In this document: positions 24,041 through 36,302 of the stretch, one piece after another | Layout: the number at the start of each line of letters is the position of its first letter | Position numbering within the stretch: position 1 is the stretch's first letter | Assembly (NCBI RefSeq): GCF_023055435.1 | Contig: NW_025963957.1 | Coordinates: forward strand, 2,046,001 to 2,110,000 | DNA: 64,000 nt | DNA from: Haliotis rufescens | Lineage: Eukaryota | Direction of reading: 5' to 3' | Translations under genes and position numbers: made by a program | Notes under the pieces: generated by a model | The model's input: the letters and a program-made list of their open reading frames with translations, nothing else | Told to the model about the DNA's origin: nothing | Database searches by the model: none

Positions 24041-25977
24041 TAGATCATGACATCCTTACCCCTTTGAGCGATCACCTGGGCCCCCTTGCACCAAGTGATC
24101 TTAGCGATACGACTATTGTAAGCCCATGTTAAAGTATGGGAGTTACGATCATCTTAGCGCTAAGATCGGGCCTAGGTGTCATCACTGACTTCAAGTGATC
24201 GGTTCATATAATTTTTATGATTGTTGTGCCTTTTAGAATCTGTTTCGGCAGATACGCTAGACTAATTATTCTCTGGCGTTCACGTTTCATATTTTGATTA
24301 TCAATGGTTTAATGATACATGTGGCCTCTCCTCATGTAACAAAATATAGCCTAACATTCATACACACATACGTTCTCGCAAACGCTCTTGTAAGAGTACA
24401 TATATAACATTTATAAGTTATTAAATGACCTGTTATTTCATACATTTTGTCATTTATTCCATTATCGTAGTAATTGTTTCGTTTGTTTCTTATTTAGGAC
24501 GTATGTATGTGTATATATCTTCTGATATAAGAGCCTTGCTCAGTCAATTCAAAGAAAAAGCCGTGGCGATGCGGGTTAGGATAAATCTTCAGCAACCCGT
24601 AAAAGGCAACCCGCTGCCGTAAAAGGCGACTATGCTTGTTGTAGGAGGCGACTAACGGGATCGGGTGGTCAGGCTCGCTGACTTGGTCGATGCATGTCAT
24701 TGTATCCCAGTTGCATGAATCGATGCTCATGATATCAATCACTGGATTCTCAGGTCCGTTCACCTGGGATATTGCTGAGTCTGGTGTTAAACAACCAACA
24801 AACAAAAAATGAAAGAAAAATAACATCAACATATTGTGCCAGAAAATTATATACACAGAGTTGAACGTATGGGTTAACATACACATATATTCCTATAAAT
24901 GGAATCATGGTCAACAAGTACACTCTTTATTGCATTTGGCAAAAACACGTGCATACATTAATAACACGTAAATGTCAATCGTAGATCCCTATTCTAAAAG
25001 TGATAACTGACGTCACATCCCCGCATTGATATAGCTCCATTTACATGTGCATCCTTTTCCCTCTTAGAATAGAGCTTGTCATGATTTACGCAAGCTAAAT
25101 CGGTATATAACGTTTGAGCAAAAACTACATGATTTATGAGAAATACAAATGATTGCAATAAAATGTCTCAGAGAACCGCTTTCATTTCTCCTTAGTCATT
25201 GTCAGCGGTTTCGGAAAAAAACCACAACGACATATACTTGAACTGGGTGTGCCGATGTTGATTTAAAATGGAATCTTCCCACTCCTCTCCAATCTTTGCG
25301 TACATTTGTGAATGAAATAAAGACAAGGAACGTCTTAATCAGTTAACAACCCCCCCCCCCCCCCCCCTTGTCCTTACGTCACCTCTTCGTGTCAGAAGTT
25401 GTGTAAAACGAAATATCACTAGGTGACATTGCAAAATAACGAATGAATAATTAATGTCTCAAAAAGGTGTCTTTGCATGTATAATATGTCTTTAGGCTTA
25501 AAAATTGAGTGTTTTCTTTGACGGAAATGCAATGAAATGTTTAGATTCGTTAAAATTTGAATAAATGGGTGCAGTTGCCAGGTGTAGGAAAATGGTTTGC
25601 AGATTGAAAATTAATGCTTTTTGTACTTCATTTATTATTGAGATGAAACTTTCCGCCTTCCGAAATCGAGAGGATTCGTCATTGATGTAAACACGTACAT
25701 ACATTTATATGTGAGATAGTCAGTCACGAATATACCCAATGACACCTGTACATCTGAAAACACATGTTTTGGACACTGTAAGAAAAAATAAATGTCTCCA
25801 TGATCAAAAAACCCATCTGGACTGCAATAACGTCAAAAACAAATTTATGACGTCATCATATTCGAGGACACCTAAACGTTAATTAATCTAACTGATTCCT
25901 CATAATATCAATCACAGGTTTGTCAAATTAAGATTCGTTTATTTACAGACGTATTTATTTACTGAAGATTTGCGCTT

Positions 25978-26017
<40 letters not shown>
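25978..26017 (+). repeat. (CAA)n microsatellite
   Basis: Direct trinucleotide repeat. Confidence 0.95.
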
Positions 26018-26018
<1 letters not shown>

Positions 26019-26663
26019 AAGAAAAGGCCCAACATATTTATCAAGAAAAGTATTCATACACCGTGACATTTCGAGAAAAGTTCCGCGACTGGTTTTCCCA
26101 CAAATCATCACTCTGGCTTCCTCGTGAAGTGCATATAATCAACAATTCTCGAGATATGTCATATTATCTACTTAACGTATGGTAATATACTTCATCTAGG
26201 TTTAATAATCACAAGTATATTGTGACATGTATGTAAATAAAAGCGATATGACCAATTAAACAATCATGAGAACTACATTTATGTGCTAAACGCAGTGTCC
26301 ATTGTACGATTCCGATTATATCACAAGCATATGTTTATGAGTCACTATCAGATAGTCATGAAACCAGGTGTTCGCGATAAGGTGGGCGTCATCGTCCCCA
26401 TCAGTGGCACCCGTCACAAACACATGCAAACACAAGTCAATTCTTCACTTGAAGAAAAATGGGAACAGAGGGCTTTGCATCAAACATCATTTCGGGCACT
26501 GTTGTGTAACATTTGGACATGCCCTCCACATGTCCAGCATAAAACCGTTTGAAAGTTTTACTAAGGCCTTCAATGTTGTCACCCTCATCAAACACCTTTC
26601 GAACAAGAATCGTATGACGCTCTTTAAAATCTTCGTAAGAGGAGCATGGTTGTCCTTGTTAGA

Positions 26664-27008
26664 GGTGTGAAATTTGGTTTAACGTCGCGTCCAAGATTAT
26701 TGCACTTATATAGCGACGTACATGCACGTGTATGTGTGTGGCTGCTTGTACTAGTCCGGACTGATGCCGATTTATAGTGCTAGCACACTGAGATATCATG
26801 CCGCAGTTTAACATGGACACCCCACTCAGACACAGTATATTGACTCCGAGCCGACCAGTCCTTGTTTTAGCCCCTTAATGCCGAGCGCCAGACAGGGTAA
26901 CAACAAGTACCATCTTTTAACGTCTTTTGGTATGACGCGGTCGGGGATCGAACCCCGGACCTTCCGCTCTCCGGGCAGACGCTCTACCACTAGACCACGG
27001 AGGCGGTC
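26664..27008 (-). mobile_element. Full-length family 2 SINE
   Basis: Reverse complement of 21994-22353; CTTGTTAGA repeated at 26655-26663 and 27011-27019. Confidence 0.88.
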
Positions 27009-28669
27009 ATCTTGTTAGAACCAAAGCAATAGTAATCATTACTTCAGAATAAAGTCACCATCAGAATTGTTTTCGACTGAGATGAATTTAATAAGTTCTT
27101 TTCAGCCTGAGAAAAGATTGGACAGGCCTAAATTAGGAATGAAAAATGTTCACAAATGCTGCCGGGATCAAACGCCTGTCAGTCAGAGGGGCATGCTAAG
27201 ATAGCGAGAGTTATGTCCCTTTAACTCCCAAATCACATTTCAGTTATCAAGAGTTCTTTAACAAGGCATCAATGAAAATTACAATAATATATCTAATACC
27301 ACTACGACTACTACCATTTATCGACTGCATAAGCGGAAGATTACTTCGATTTTGAGGGCCCGATCACAGTGCATGGCATTATTCCCCCTGTGTGTACTTA
27401 ACTTGTAGTCTCAACTCCCTGGGAACTGTATGATCCCCAAAACCAATCTGCCTTGCGGGGATGGACATTTACTTGAGTAATGTACTTATTATTTTATGAT
27501 CTGAGATATATCACACCTGTTATCTTTTACACTGATTAATCAAACCAAAATAGCATTTTTGTTAATACTTTTGCAGAACTTCTGCCAGTTTCAAATATAC
27601 TTCTACTTGTGCTTTTACCACAATCACAGGTTTCAGGGGGTGTACAAGGGACGTAACTCTGCACAGCGAATTGCGGCGTCTTAGACGACTGGGCCACCCG
27701 TGCACACTATAAACAGTGCAAACAACAAAGTGTAAAATTGCCAACGTCTAAGGAATGACGGTCAAAGAATTCATGGATAATTTTTACTGACCTCAAGCTT
27801 TCAATATACAGGGAATGACGCTTTAAAGTTCAGTTATATTAGCGTGTCAACTTTATGTTGGCTAAACACACAAAAGCAGGTTGAAGACGTTTATAGCATC
27901 TGTGAAAGTCACACGCATGTTTTGTTAGTTTAGCAATATTCCAGCTCTTTGACGACTTTCTGTAAATAATCGAGTCTGGACCAGACACTCCCGTGACTGA
28001 CATCATGAGCATCGATCCACGCAATTGGGATACGATGACATGCATCAACCAAGTCAGCGAGCCTGACCACCCGATCCCGTTAGTTCCCTCTTACAAGAAT
28101 AGGCGCCTTTTACGACAAGCATGGGCTGCTGTTCAAGGACCTATTCTACCCCGGATCTTCACGGGGGAGACAAGCGTGGGTTGCTGAAAACCTATTCTAC
28201 CCCGGGTGTTCACGGGTAGCAGGGTATAGTGCTGACAGACTGATGAGTATCGGGACGAATCTTGGAGCCTTACAAAAATAAACAAATAACTTGTAAAAAT
28301 CACATAATTAAATAGCTATTAGCCTTTAATGACAGAGATATATTAACCTGAATATGCACAAAATAAGGAACATAGTCTAATTATTAAAGCTAGTATGTCT
28401 AAATTTAACAGGGTTACTCTATAACTGAATATTTTCTAACATGTTTACCAAGTGCGTAACTATGTGCACAGCTAAGGCTAGAAGAGTTACCTCCCATAGG
28501 TTTATAAATCTTGTCACCAGCTCGGCACCGTTTTACAAACCGACCATAGTGTTACGACGCTCGTTATACATATTTCAAGTTTTCAATATACAAAAAAAAA
28601 AGATGTGGGTGTAACGCTGCTTGAAAGTTAATTTCAGTTATATTAGCGTGTCAGCTTTGTGTTGGTTGT

Positions 28670-29525
28670 AAAGTCACAAGCACGTGTATGTTTATAGTAT
28701 CTGTGAAAGCCACAAGCAGGGGTGTGTCTATAGTATCTGTGAAAGCCACAAGCAGGGGTATGTTTATAGTATCTGTGAAAGTCACAAGCAGGGGTATGTT
28801 TATAGTATCTGTGAAAGTCACAAGCAGGGGTATGTTTATAGTATCTGTGAAAGTCACAAGCAGGGGTATATTTATAGTGTCTGTGAAAGCCTCAAGCATG
28901 GTATGTTAATAGTATCTGTGAAAGTCACAAGCAGGGATATGTCTATAGTATCTGTGAAAGACACAAGCAGGGGTATGTTTATAGTATCTGTGAAAGTCAC
29001 AAGCAGGGGTATGTTTATAGTATCTGTGAAAGTCACAAGCAGGGGTATGTTTATAGTATCTGTGAAAGTCACAAGCAGGGGTATGTTTATAGTATCTGTG
29101 AAAGTCACAAGCAGGGGTATGTCTATAGTATCTGTGAAAGTCACAAGCAGGGGTATGTCTATAGTATCTGTGAAAGTCACAAGCAGGGGTATGTTTATAG
29201 TATCTGTGAAAGTCACAAGCAGGGGTATGTCTATAGTATCTGTGAAAGTCACAAGCACGGGTATATTTAAAGTATCCGTGAAAGCCTAAAGCATGGTATG
29301 TTTATAGCATCTGTAAAAACCACAATCAGGATATGTTTATAGTGTATGTGGAAGTCACAAGCACGGGTATATTTATAGTATCTGTGAAAGTCACAAGCAG
29401 GGGTATATTTATAGTGTCTGTGAAAGCCTCAAGCATGGTATGTTTATAGTATCTGTAAAAACCACAAGCATGGTATGTTTATAGTATTTGTGAAAGCCAC
29501 AAGCACGAGTCTGTTTATAGTATCT
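28670..29525 (+). repeat. 36-bp minisatellite (GTATCTGTGAAAGTCACAAGCAGGGGTATGTTTATA)n, ~23 copies
   Basis: Direct tandem repeats; a shorter related array lies at ~31400-31630. Confidence 0.95.
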
Positions 29526-29685
29526 TTATAAGTGAATATTAACGAACATGCTTACTAATTCATAACGATGTGCTTTGATGCAATATTATGTATATATTTT
29601 GTACATATCATCTATGTACATGCTAAATATATACATGTATGGAAGCCTATTAGTGCCATATTCTAAAAAAGTAAATATCATCATC

Positions 29686-30585
29686 GAAGATGATACCGCT
29701 CACATCGTCGTAGATGATACCGCTCGAATCGTCGTAGATGATACCGCTCACATCGTCGTGGGTGATACCGCTCACATCGTCGTAGATGATACCGCTCACA
29801 TCGTCGAAGATGATACCGCTCACATCGTCGTGGGTGATACCGCTCACATCGTCGTAGATGATACCGCTCACATCGTCGTAGATGATACCGCTCACATCGT
29901 CGTAGATGATACCGCTCACATCGTCGTGGATGATACCGCTCACATCGTCGTAGATGATACCGCTCACATCGTCGTAGATGATACCGCTCACATCGTCGTG
30001 GATGATACCGCTCACATCGTCGTGGATGATACCGCTCACATCGTCGTAGATGATACCGCTCACATCGTCGTAGATGATACCGCTCACATCGTCGTGGGTG
30101 ATACCGCTCACATCGTCGTAGATGATACCGCTCACATCGTCGTAGATGATACCGCTCACATCGTCGTAGATGATACCGCTCACATCGCCGTAGATGATAC
30201 CGCTCACATCGTCGTAGATGATACCGCTCACATCGTCGTGGATGATACCGCTCACATCGTCGTAGATGATACCGCTCACATCGTCGTAGATGATACCGCT
30301 CACATCGTCGTGGATGATACCGCTCACATCGTCGTGGATGATACCGCTCACATCGTCGTAGATGATACCGCTCACATCGTCGTAGATGATACCGCTCACA
30401 TCGTCGTAGATGACACCGCTCACATCGTCGTGGGTGATGCCGCTCACATCGTCGAAGATGATACCGCTCACATCGTCGTAGATGATACCGCTCACATCGT
30501 CGTGGATGATACCGCTCACATCGTCGTAGATGATACCGCTCACATCGCCGTAGATGATACCGCTCACATCGTCGTAGATGATACA
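29686..30585 (+). repeat. 24-bp minisatellite (GATGATACCGCTCACATCGTCGTA)n, ~37 copies
   Basis: Direct tandem repeats with few variants. Confidence 0.97.
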
Positions 30586-32039
30586 TTCATCTACGTATAT
30601 CATATTATAATCTTCGTAGAATAAGATATCATCAACTATCGAACAATATATCACTATGTGAGTAACCATACTCACGATAATAATATCATATACGCAGATG
30701 AAAGTGTATGCATTTCTTATGTATTTATTGTTGAATAAAATATATAGTGATAGGAAAAATGAAATATGAAAGACAATGCAAATACGTTTTGTTTCTTCTC
30801 TTAATGAGGAAGTAAATATGCCCGTCCCTCAGCCATGTTTATGAACACGGCACTAGCGACTAATGTCCGATTATATCGAGACGCAATAGTTTATGAACAG
30901 TTTAAATCATATTGAGGTAAAGAGTTTTTCTTTTCTTTCACACATATTTATGTTAGGCCATGTATGATGTGGATTCATAAACTCATGTTCATGGTATAGT
31001 AGGAATCGTAAATCGACTCTGCTTATGCAGATATCCTATTGAATATGGAAAGGTTATATTGTCGCTTTACTTATTGGATGCGTTGTCTTGGCAAGCGATG
31101 GATGCGCCAGTACAATCCCACTACAAACAATCAGGTTCGGAGGAGTTATCTCCCATTATTTTTGGAATCGCATCACCATCTGAATGCACGAAATGAAGTT
31201 TTTTGTTCGCGACAGATACAGGCATATGTACTGCAAAACTAAATACCTTAAAAAGACATCAAGCTTTAGACACACAGCAAGGAAACGATGATAGTGTAAC
31301 GCCGCTTTAAAGTATATATTAGTTATATTTGCGTGTCAGGCTGTTAGCTATATGTTGGAGTAGACACGAACGCAGGTTGTAGACGTTTGTAGCCTTAGTG
31401 AAAGCCACATGCATGGGTATGTTTATAGTATCTGCGAAAGTCACAAGTAGGGTATGTTTATAGTATCTGTGAAAGACACAAACATCGGTATGTTTATAGT
31501 ATCTGTGAAAGACACAACATCGGTATGTTTATAGTATCTGTGAAAGACACAAACATCGGTATGTTTATAGTATCTGTGAAAGCCACAAGCATCGGTATGC
31601 TTTATTATTAAATATGAAAGCCACAAGCACTGGTATAGTGCTGACACAAATGACGAGGATCGGGACGAATCTTGGATCCTTACAAGGCTAAGGGACAAAA
31701 CACTGTAGGACGAATCCAACGTAGAACACCTTCTGAGCGGCGTCCCCGTTTTCGAAAGATAAATATGATACATAATCATCTGTACATGTGCACCATGATG
31801 ACATTCCCGGTACGACTGTTTTGTTTGTCTGCTGTTTAAAGGGAGCACATCAAGTAATGCTGTTTGTTTGTTGTTTAACGCCGCACTCAGAAATATTCAA
31901 GCTGTAAATAATCGAGTCTGGACCAGACAATCCAGTGATTGGCAACGATCAACGACGTCGGGGTCGACACGGGGTCAACCAAGTCTAGCCTAAAAACCCG
32001 ATCCAGTACGTCTCCTCCTACGACCAGATAGCAGGAATC

Positions 32040-32312
32040 CAGACACTGCCGGGTACACAGACACTGCCGGGTACACAGACACTGCCGGGTAAACAGACAC
32101 TGCCGGGTACACAGACACTGCCGGGCAAACAGACACTGCCGGGCAAACAGACACTGCCGGGTACACAGACACTGCCGGGTAAACAGACACTGCCGGGTAC
32201 ACAGACACTGCCGGGTAAACAGACACTGCCGGGTAAACAGACACTGCCGGGTAAACAGACACCGCCGGGTACACAGACACTGCCGGGTACACAGACACTG
32301 CCGGGTAAACAG
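32040..32312 (+). repeat. 18-bp minisatellite (CAGACACTGCCGGGTA(C/A)A)n, ~15 copies
   Basis: Direct tandem repeats. Confidence 0.95.
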
Positions 32313-34541
32313 AGAGCCTCGGTTCCCCATGCGGAAGGGTCGACTTGCATGGGCACAGTGTGGTCAGGCTTTGTTTAGATGATTGTGTGTGATCGTACCC
32401 CGACTGCGTGGATCGTTCCTCGTGATTTCGGGCACCGGCTTGCCTGGGTTTGACTCGATTATTTACAGGCCGCGACATATAGCTCGGATATTACTGACTG
32501 GGGTGTTAAAAACACTCACTGAAATATATGCGTTAGTAAATGCACCAATGGTGTGTTCCTGTGGTAAACTGTCTACAAGTAGAAAATACAACATATTAAC
32601 AACATACATAATTATACGACAGAACCAGGAAACGGGGACACAATCAGTTGAATATATTTTATTTCTAAAATATATATATTTCGTATGTATCAAATACTTC
32701 CAGTGAAAGAGCTGTACAAATGCATACAATCAACCCGGCTCACTATAGGACAATGGACGGACATAGTTGTAAACAACCATTCACAACCTGATTCAATTTA
32801 TCACATAAGTGACTCATTAATAAATAGGAAAATAAATGCCGGATGCCTCTATGGACTCGCGATTCTGTTGACATTTGATTATTTATTTTAAAACACCATC
32901 CTGAAGTGCATGACATAACTGAACGACAGTGTTCTTGGAATCGTTAAAATGTAGGTCCACTACGTTTTCGTCAATCGGTATTTGGGTCCTAGAAATGGAA
33001 CGTGTTCAAAACAATGACATCTTTAGCACAGTTCTTACAATAAAATCCTTTCACTACAATATTCATTTAGTTCCAAATGATTGAGTTATATAATAAATGC
33101 TTCTACAATGATGTCAAGTGTCCTAATTTCAGTATAATTCATACGTTTTTTTCATATTATCTTTTAATTTGACTAATTTTAATATTATTAAATAACCCAT
33201 AACATACCATGTTTGTACAATATCGTTTCTTACAAGTTCAGGGCAATCTTGCAGTTCCGATTTAAAAACATAATGCCTGTTACAGATTTTGCTTGGAAGC
33301 TATGATTTCCTCGAATTCAATTATCTATCGTGAATATGGTTTTACGCCGCTTTTATCAATATTCCAGCAACATCACGAAATGGATTTCACACAGAGTACC
33401 CATCTGGAGAATCGAACAGGGGTTGGGACGTGACGAGCAAACGCTTGAACCACTCGGTTACCCCAACGCCCCACAATATATCGGGTTTAGGAGTTCCAGG
33501 TAATGAGGGGTCCCGTTATGAGAAAGGCACAGGGTTCCGATATTTTCACTGAAGCAAACCAGCTTGCAGTGAATAGGACGCACGTCCACGTGTCCGTTTG
33601 TCGACATCTAATGTCGCCCTGTAATGAGGAAGAAGGAGAAGATGGCTCATCCATCAACGTGTACAAATGCCCAGTGAAGTTATATGCTACTGCCATGGCA
33701 CCATGTTAAACGTCTTCGTGTCAACGTGAAACTAATACTATATATCCATTTTCTAACATTAAGCGAATACGTAAACAAGAATAGAATGGAAGTGGCATGA
33801 TGATTCACGCTCAATAAAGAATCAAATGTCTTAAGACATTTTTAATTTTTTAAACTTTTCCAGTGTTAATGTGTTTAGATCCTGATATAGACTTGCACCC
33901 AGTCATGAAACATGTGGATTTGAAACGTACGAGACAATTACAGCTTTTGTTCATCTTGATATACGTGGTTCAAGAAACCTTGATGTGAAGTTGGTGACAT
34001 TGCACCACCGTCATGTGATGCTTCTCAACATTTGATAGGGATATTCCTAGTGTCTATTTGGGGACTGAATGTGTCTGATTGTTTGAGAGATCCAACGAAT
34101 TGAGGTATTACTTTTGCTGCTTAATTTCGTTTTGTTTGCCCCCAGCAATATTCCAGCTTTATGACGGCGGTATGTAAATGATCGAGTCTGGACCAGACAA
34201 TCCAGTGATTTAGGAACATCGACCCACGCATTTGGGATACGATGACATGCATCAAGTCACCGATCCTGACCACCCAATTCATTGATCAGTCTCCTCTTAC
34301 GACATGCATATGTTGCTAGGGAACGGGTAAGATTCACTTCCAGTTAAACCATAAGTAAAGACTTAAAAAGTAGCTGCTGTACTGCAGTTTGATTATAGTA
34401 TGATTATATAAACATCCCTTTCAATTGTTGAGTAGGATAATACCTCTACTTCCTTAAAACCCGAACAAAAATTATTCCAAAACACTTAATCCTTCTTCTG
34501 TCGTCATTGGTCATTAATCGTTGTACAAGATCATAGTATAA

Positions 34542-36302
34542 TCATGAATTCCGTGAAATTAACCCATCCTCCGCCTTCGCATTTACAGCAACGAAGGGCA
34601 GCTTCGTGTCCATCATTCCCCGTCCGCCATACTCCCCCTTCCTCGCCATGTCACTCATGTAAGTCTTTTCCCGCGTCAGAGTCTGTTCCTGCCTCAACGA
34701 CAGACGAACAGGATCATGGGACCGTCTGGGCGGCAACACGACCTCATAACTGTCTGCTGGTGATTCCCTTGGAAGGCTAACCGTCACTTTCCTTGAATTT
34801 GGTTTACTTGAGGTGTCGGAATCCCATGAAATGTCTCTGACAGAGTATTGTGAATCTGACTCTCGCTCGTTCAACTCAACCGAGGAGTCTTCCACGCACA
34901 AAGAAGCGGTCCTAAAATCCCGAGCATTCTTCCTCCACGGGTCGTCCTCTTTACTTTCGTCGTTTTCGGAATCGTTGGTGAAGTCGGACATACTAGGCAG
35001 TCTAATCACACCTTCACTGACAACGTCTTTGGATTTGGCTTTTGAGGATTTAGTGGTTTTGAGTTCTGACTGTGTTGACCCTGCACGTTTGTTGGGAAGT
35101 CGATACTGAAATTTAGCAAAACGTTCCCCTTGCCGTGAGTGTGAGTAGGCTGGGGCAGGGGAACAACTGTTTCTCATCGAGTCCGTTTCATCCTCATCCC
35201 TGGAACACCCCGTAATGAGCAAACGTTTATGAGCGGACGAGATGGGATGAGTCTGTTTACTGTGTGTAACATGGGTAAACTCGTCTGCGTTCGGTGCCAT
35301 CGTCAAGAAACGATGTAGACGAAACTCTCGCGTGGTTTTGAAGGAAGAACGGTTAGCACTTTCAGAAGATCTCGTTACATCATCTACATCTCGTTTTGGT
35401 CTCTGAACACGTTTCTTTATCACTGGAGTGGTTGGATTGATGGATGTGAAAGGTACACTGGTAACCTCTCTCCTGAACGGTAACATAGGAGGAAAATTTA
35501 CATCCTTCATCGTATCGCCAGAGTCCCTCAGGGCGATTTTAGAAGGCGACGTGGTTGGATATCCACTCTGAACACGGCGTTCAATCTTCTTTGGACTCTG
35601 AACAGGAGGTTCTGCCTCTTTTGTTTGTAGAAATCGAATGACTTGTTTAATGTTTAGCTTATCTGGGTCGTTGTCGTTGATGGGAGTTGTACTTCTCGGT
35701 AGCTGGTTCACATTTAACTTATATTTCTTATTTTTCTTATTGTCCTTCCCAAACCCGTCTCTATGTTTCTGAATCTCCATCTCCCCTGGTGTCAAGGTAA
35801 CCGATCTCCAGAAACCATTCTGGGACATGAAGTACCGCCCGTCCAGCGCCTTACAGGGGGACGGCTTTGGGAGAACCTTAACAGTCTTCGGAACATCTAT
35901 GGTGGACAAACTATCACTTGAGCCCGGAGATTCAGAAGGTTCAGGAGTTCTAATCACAATTCGATTATTCACGGTATTCACACTTTCTGTCGTTACTAAC
36001 GTGTCTTTAACACGGGAATTATACTCCGATCGTGCGCGCTGGGGAGGAGCAGTGATCGCAGGTGAGGGATGTTCTCTAGGCTTTCGTTCTGAGGACACAC
36101 GACGAGGTTTGGCGTCATACCTCCGGCCATGTGTTCTCGTGACGGCCAGGGTGGGGAATCCCCTAGCTTGACCATACACTCGAGCGCTGTCAACGTGTAG
36201 AGTAGCGGACTGGGATGCATTGTTGCTGGAAAAGGGCATCAGCTGCAGAACGGTCGGTTGCCAGTTGTCAGTCATCAAAATGGCGGCACTCATCTTGTCC
36301 AT
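34542..36302 (-). CDS. Hypothetical protein, 586 aa, Ser/Pro/Arg/Lys-rich and probably largely disordered; coding region in one exon
   Basis: 1761-nt non-repetitive ORF, more GC-rich than its flanks, in-frame upstream TGA. Candidate 5' intron: acceptor TTTGCAG ending at 36524, donor GTGAGT at 37114. No domain recognised; start codon uncertain. Confidence 0.8.
   Translation of the reverse strand: MDKMSAAILMTDNWQPTVLQLMPFSSNNASQSATLHVDSARVYGQARGFPTLAVTRTHGRRYDAKPRRVSSERKPREHPSPAITAPPQRARSEYNSRVKDTLVTTESVNTVNNRIVIRTPEPSESPGSSDSLSTIDVPKTVKVLPKPSPCKALDGRYFMSQNGFWRSVTLTPGEMEIQKHRDGFGKDNKKNKKYKLNVNQLPRSTTPINDNDPDKLNIKQVIRFLQTKEAEPPVQSPKKIERRVQSGYPTTSPSKIALRDSGDTMKDVNFPPMLPFRREVTSVPFTSINPTTPVIKKRVQRPKRDVDDVTRSSESANRSSFKTTREFRLHRFLTMAPNADEFTHVTHSKQTHPISSAHKRLLITGCSRDEDETDSMRNSCSPAPAYSHSRQGERFAKFQYRLPNKRAGSTQSELKTTKSSKAKSKDVVSEGVIRLPSMSDFTNDSENDESKEDDPWRKNARDFRTASLCVEDSSVELNERESDSQYSVRDISWDSDTSSKPNSRKVTVSLPRESPADSYEVVLPPRRSHDPVRLSLRQEQTLTREKTYMSDMARKGEYGGRGMMDTKLPFVAVNAKAEDGLISRNS

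Noticed and set aside
28240-28262. Hammerhead-like CTGATGAG...GACGAA
   Set aside because: Has GAAT rather than GAAA and a weak stem II, and the homologous copy near 31650 lacks CTGATGA; explained as diverged family 4 SINE sequence.
29686-30585. CRISPR-like array
   Set aside because: Repeats are contiguous with no unique spacers, the context is eukaryotic, and no cas genes are present.
28651-30675. Long repetitive ORFs (VTFTDTINIPLL, DDTAHIVV, RRCERYHL, DDVSGIIY)
   Set aside because: By-products of 36-bp and 24-bp minisatellites open in several frames and on both strands; no unique coding flanks or splice support.
31887-32478. ORFs with TRQCLF / PAVSVY / PGSVCL repeats, and the similar ORFs at 55830-56338
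   Set aside because: Translations of the 18-bp and 17-bp minisatellites.
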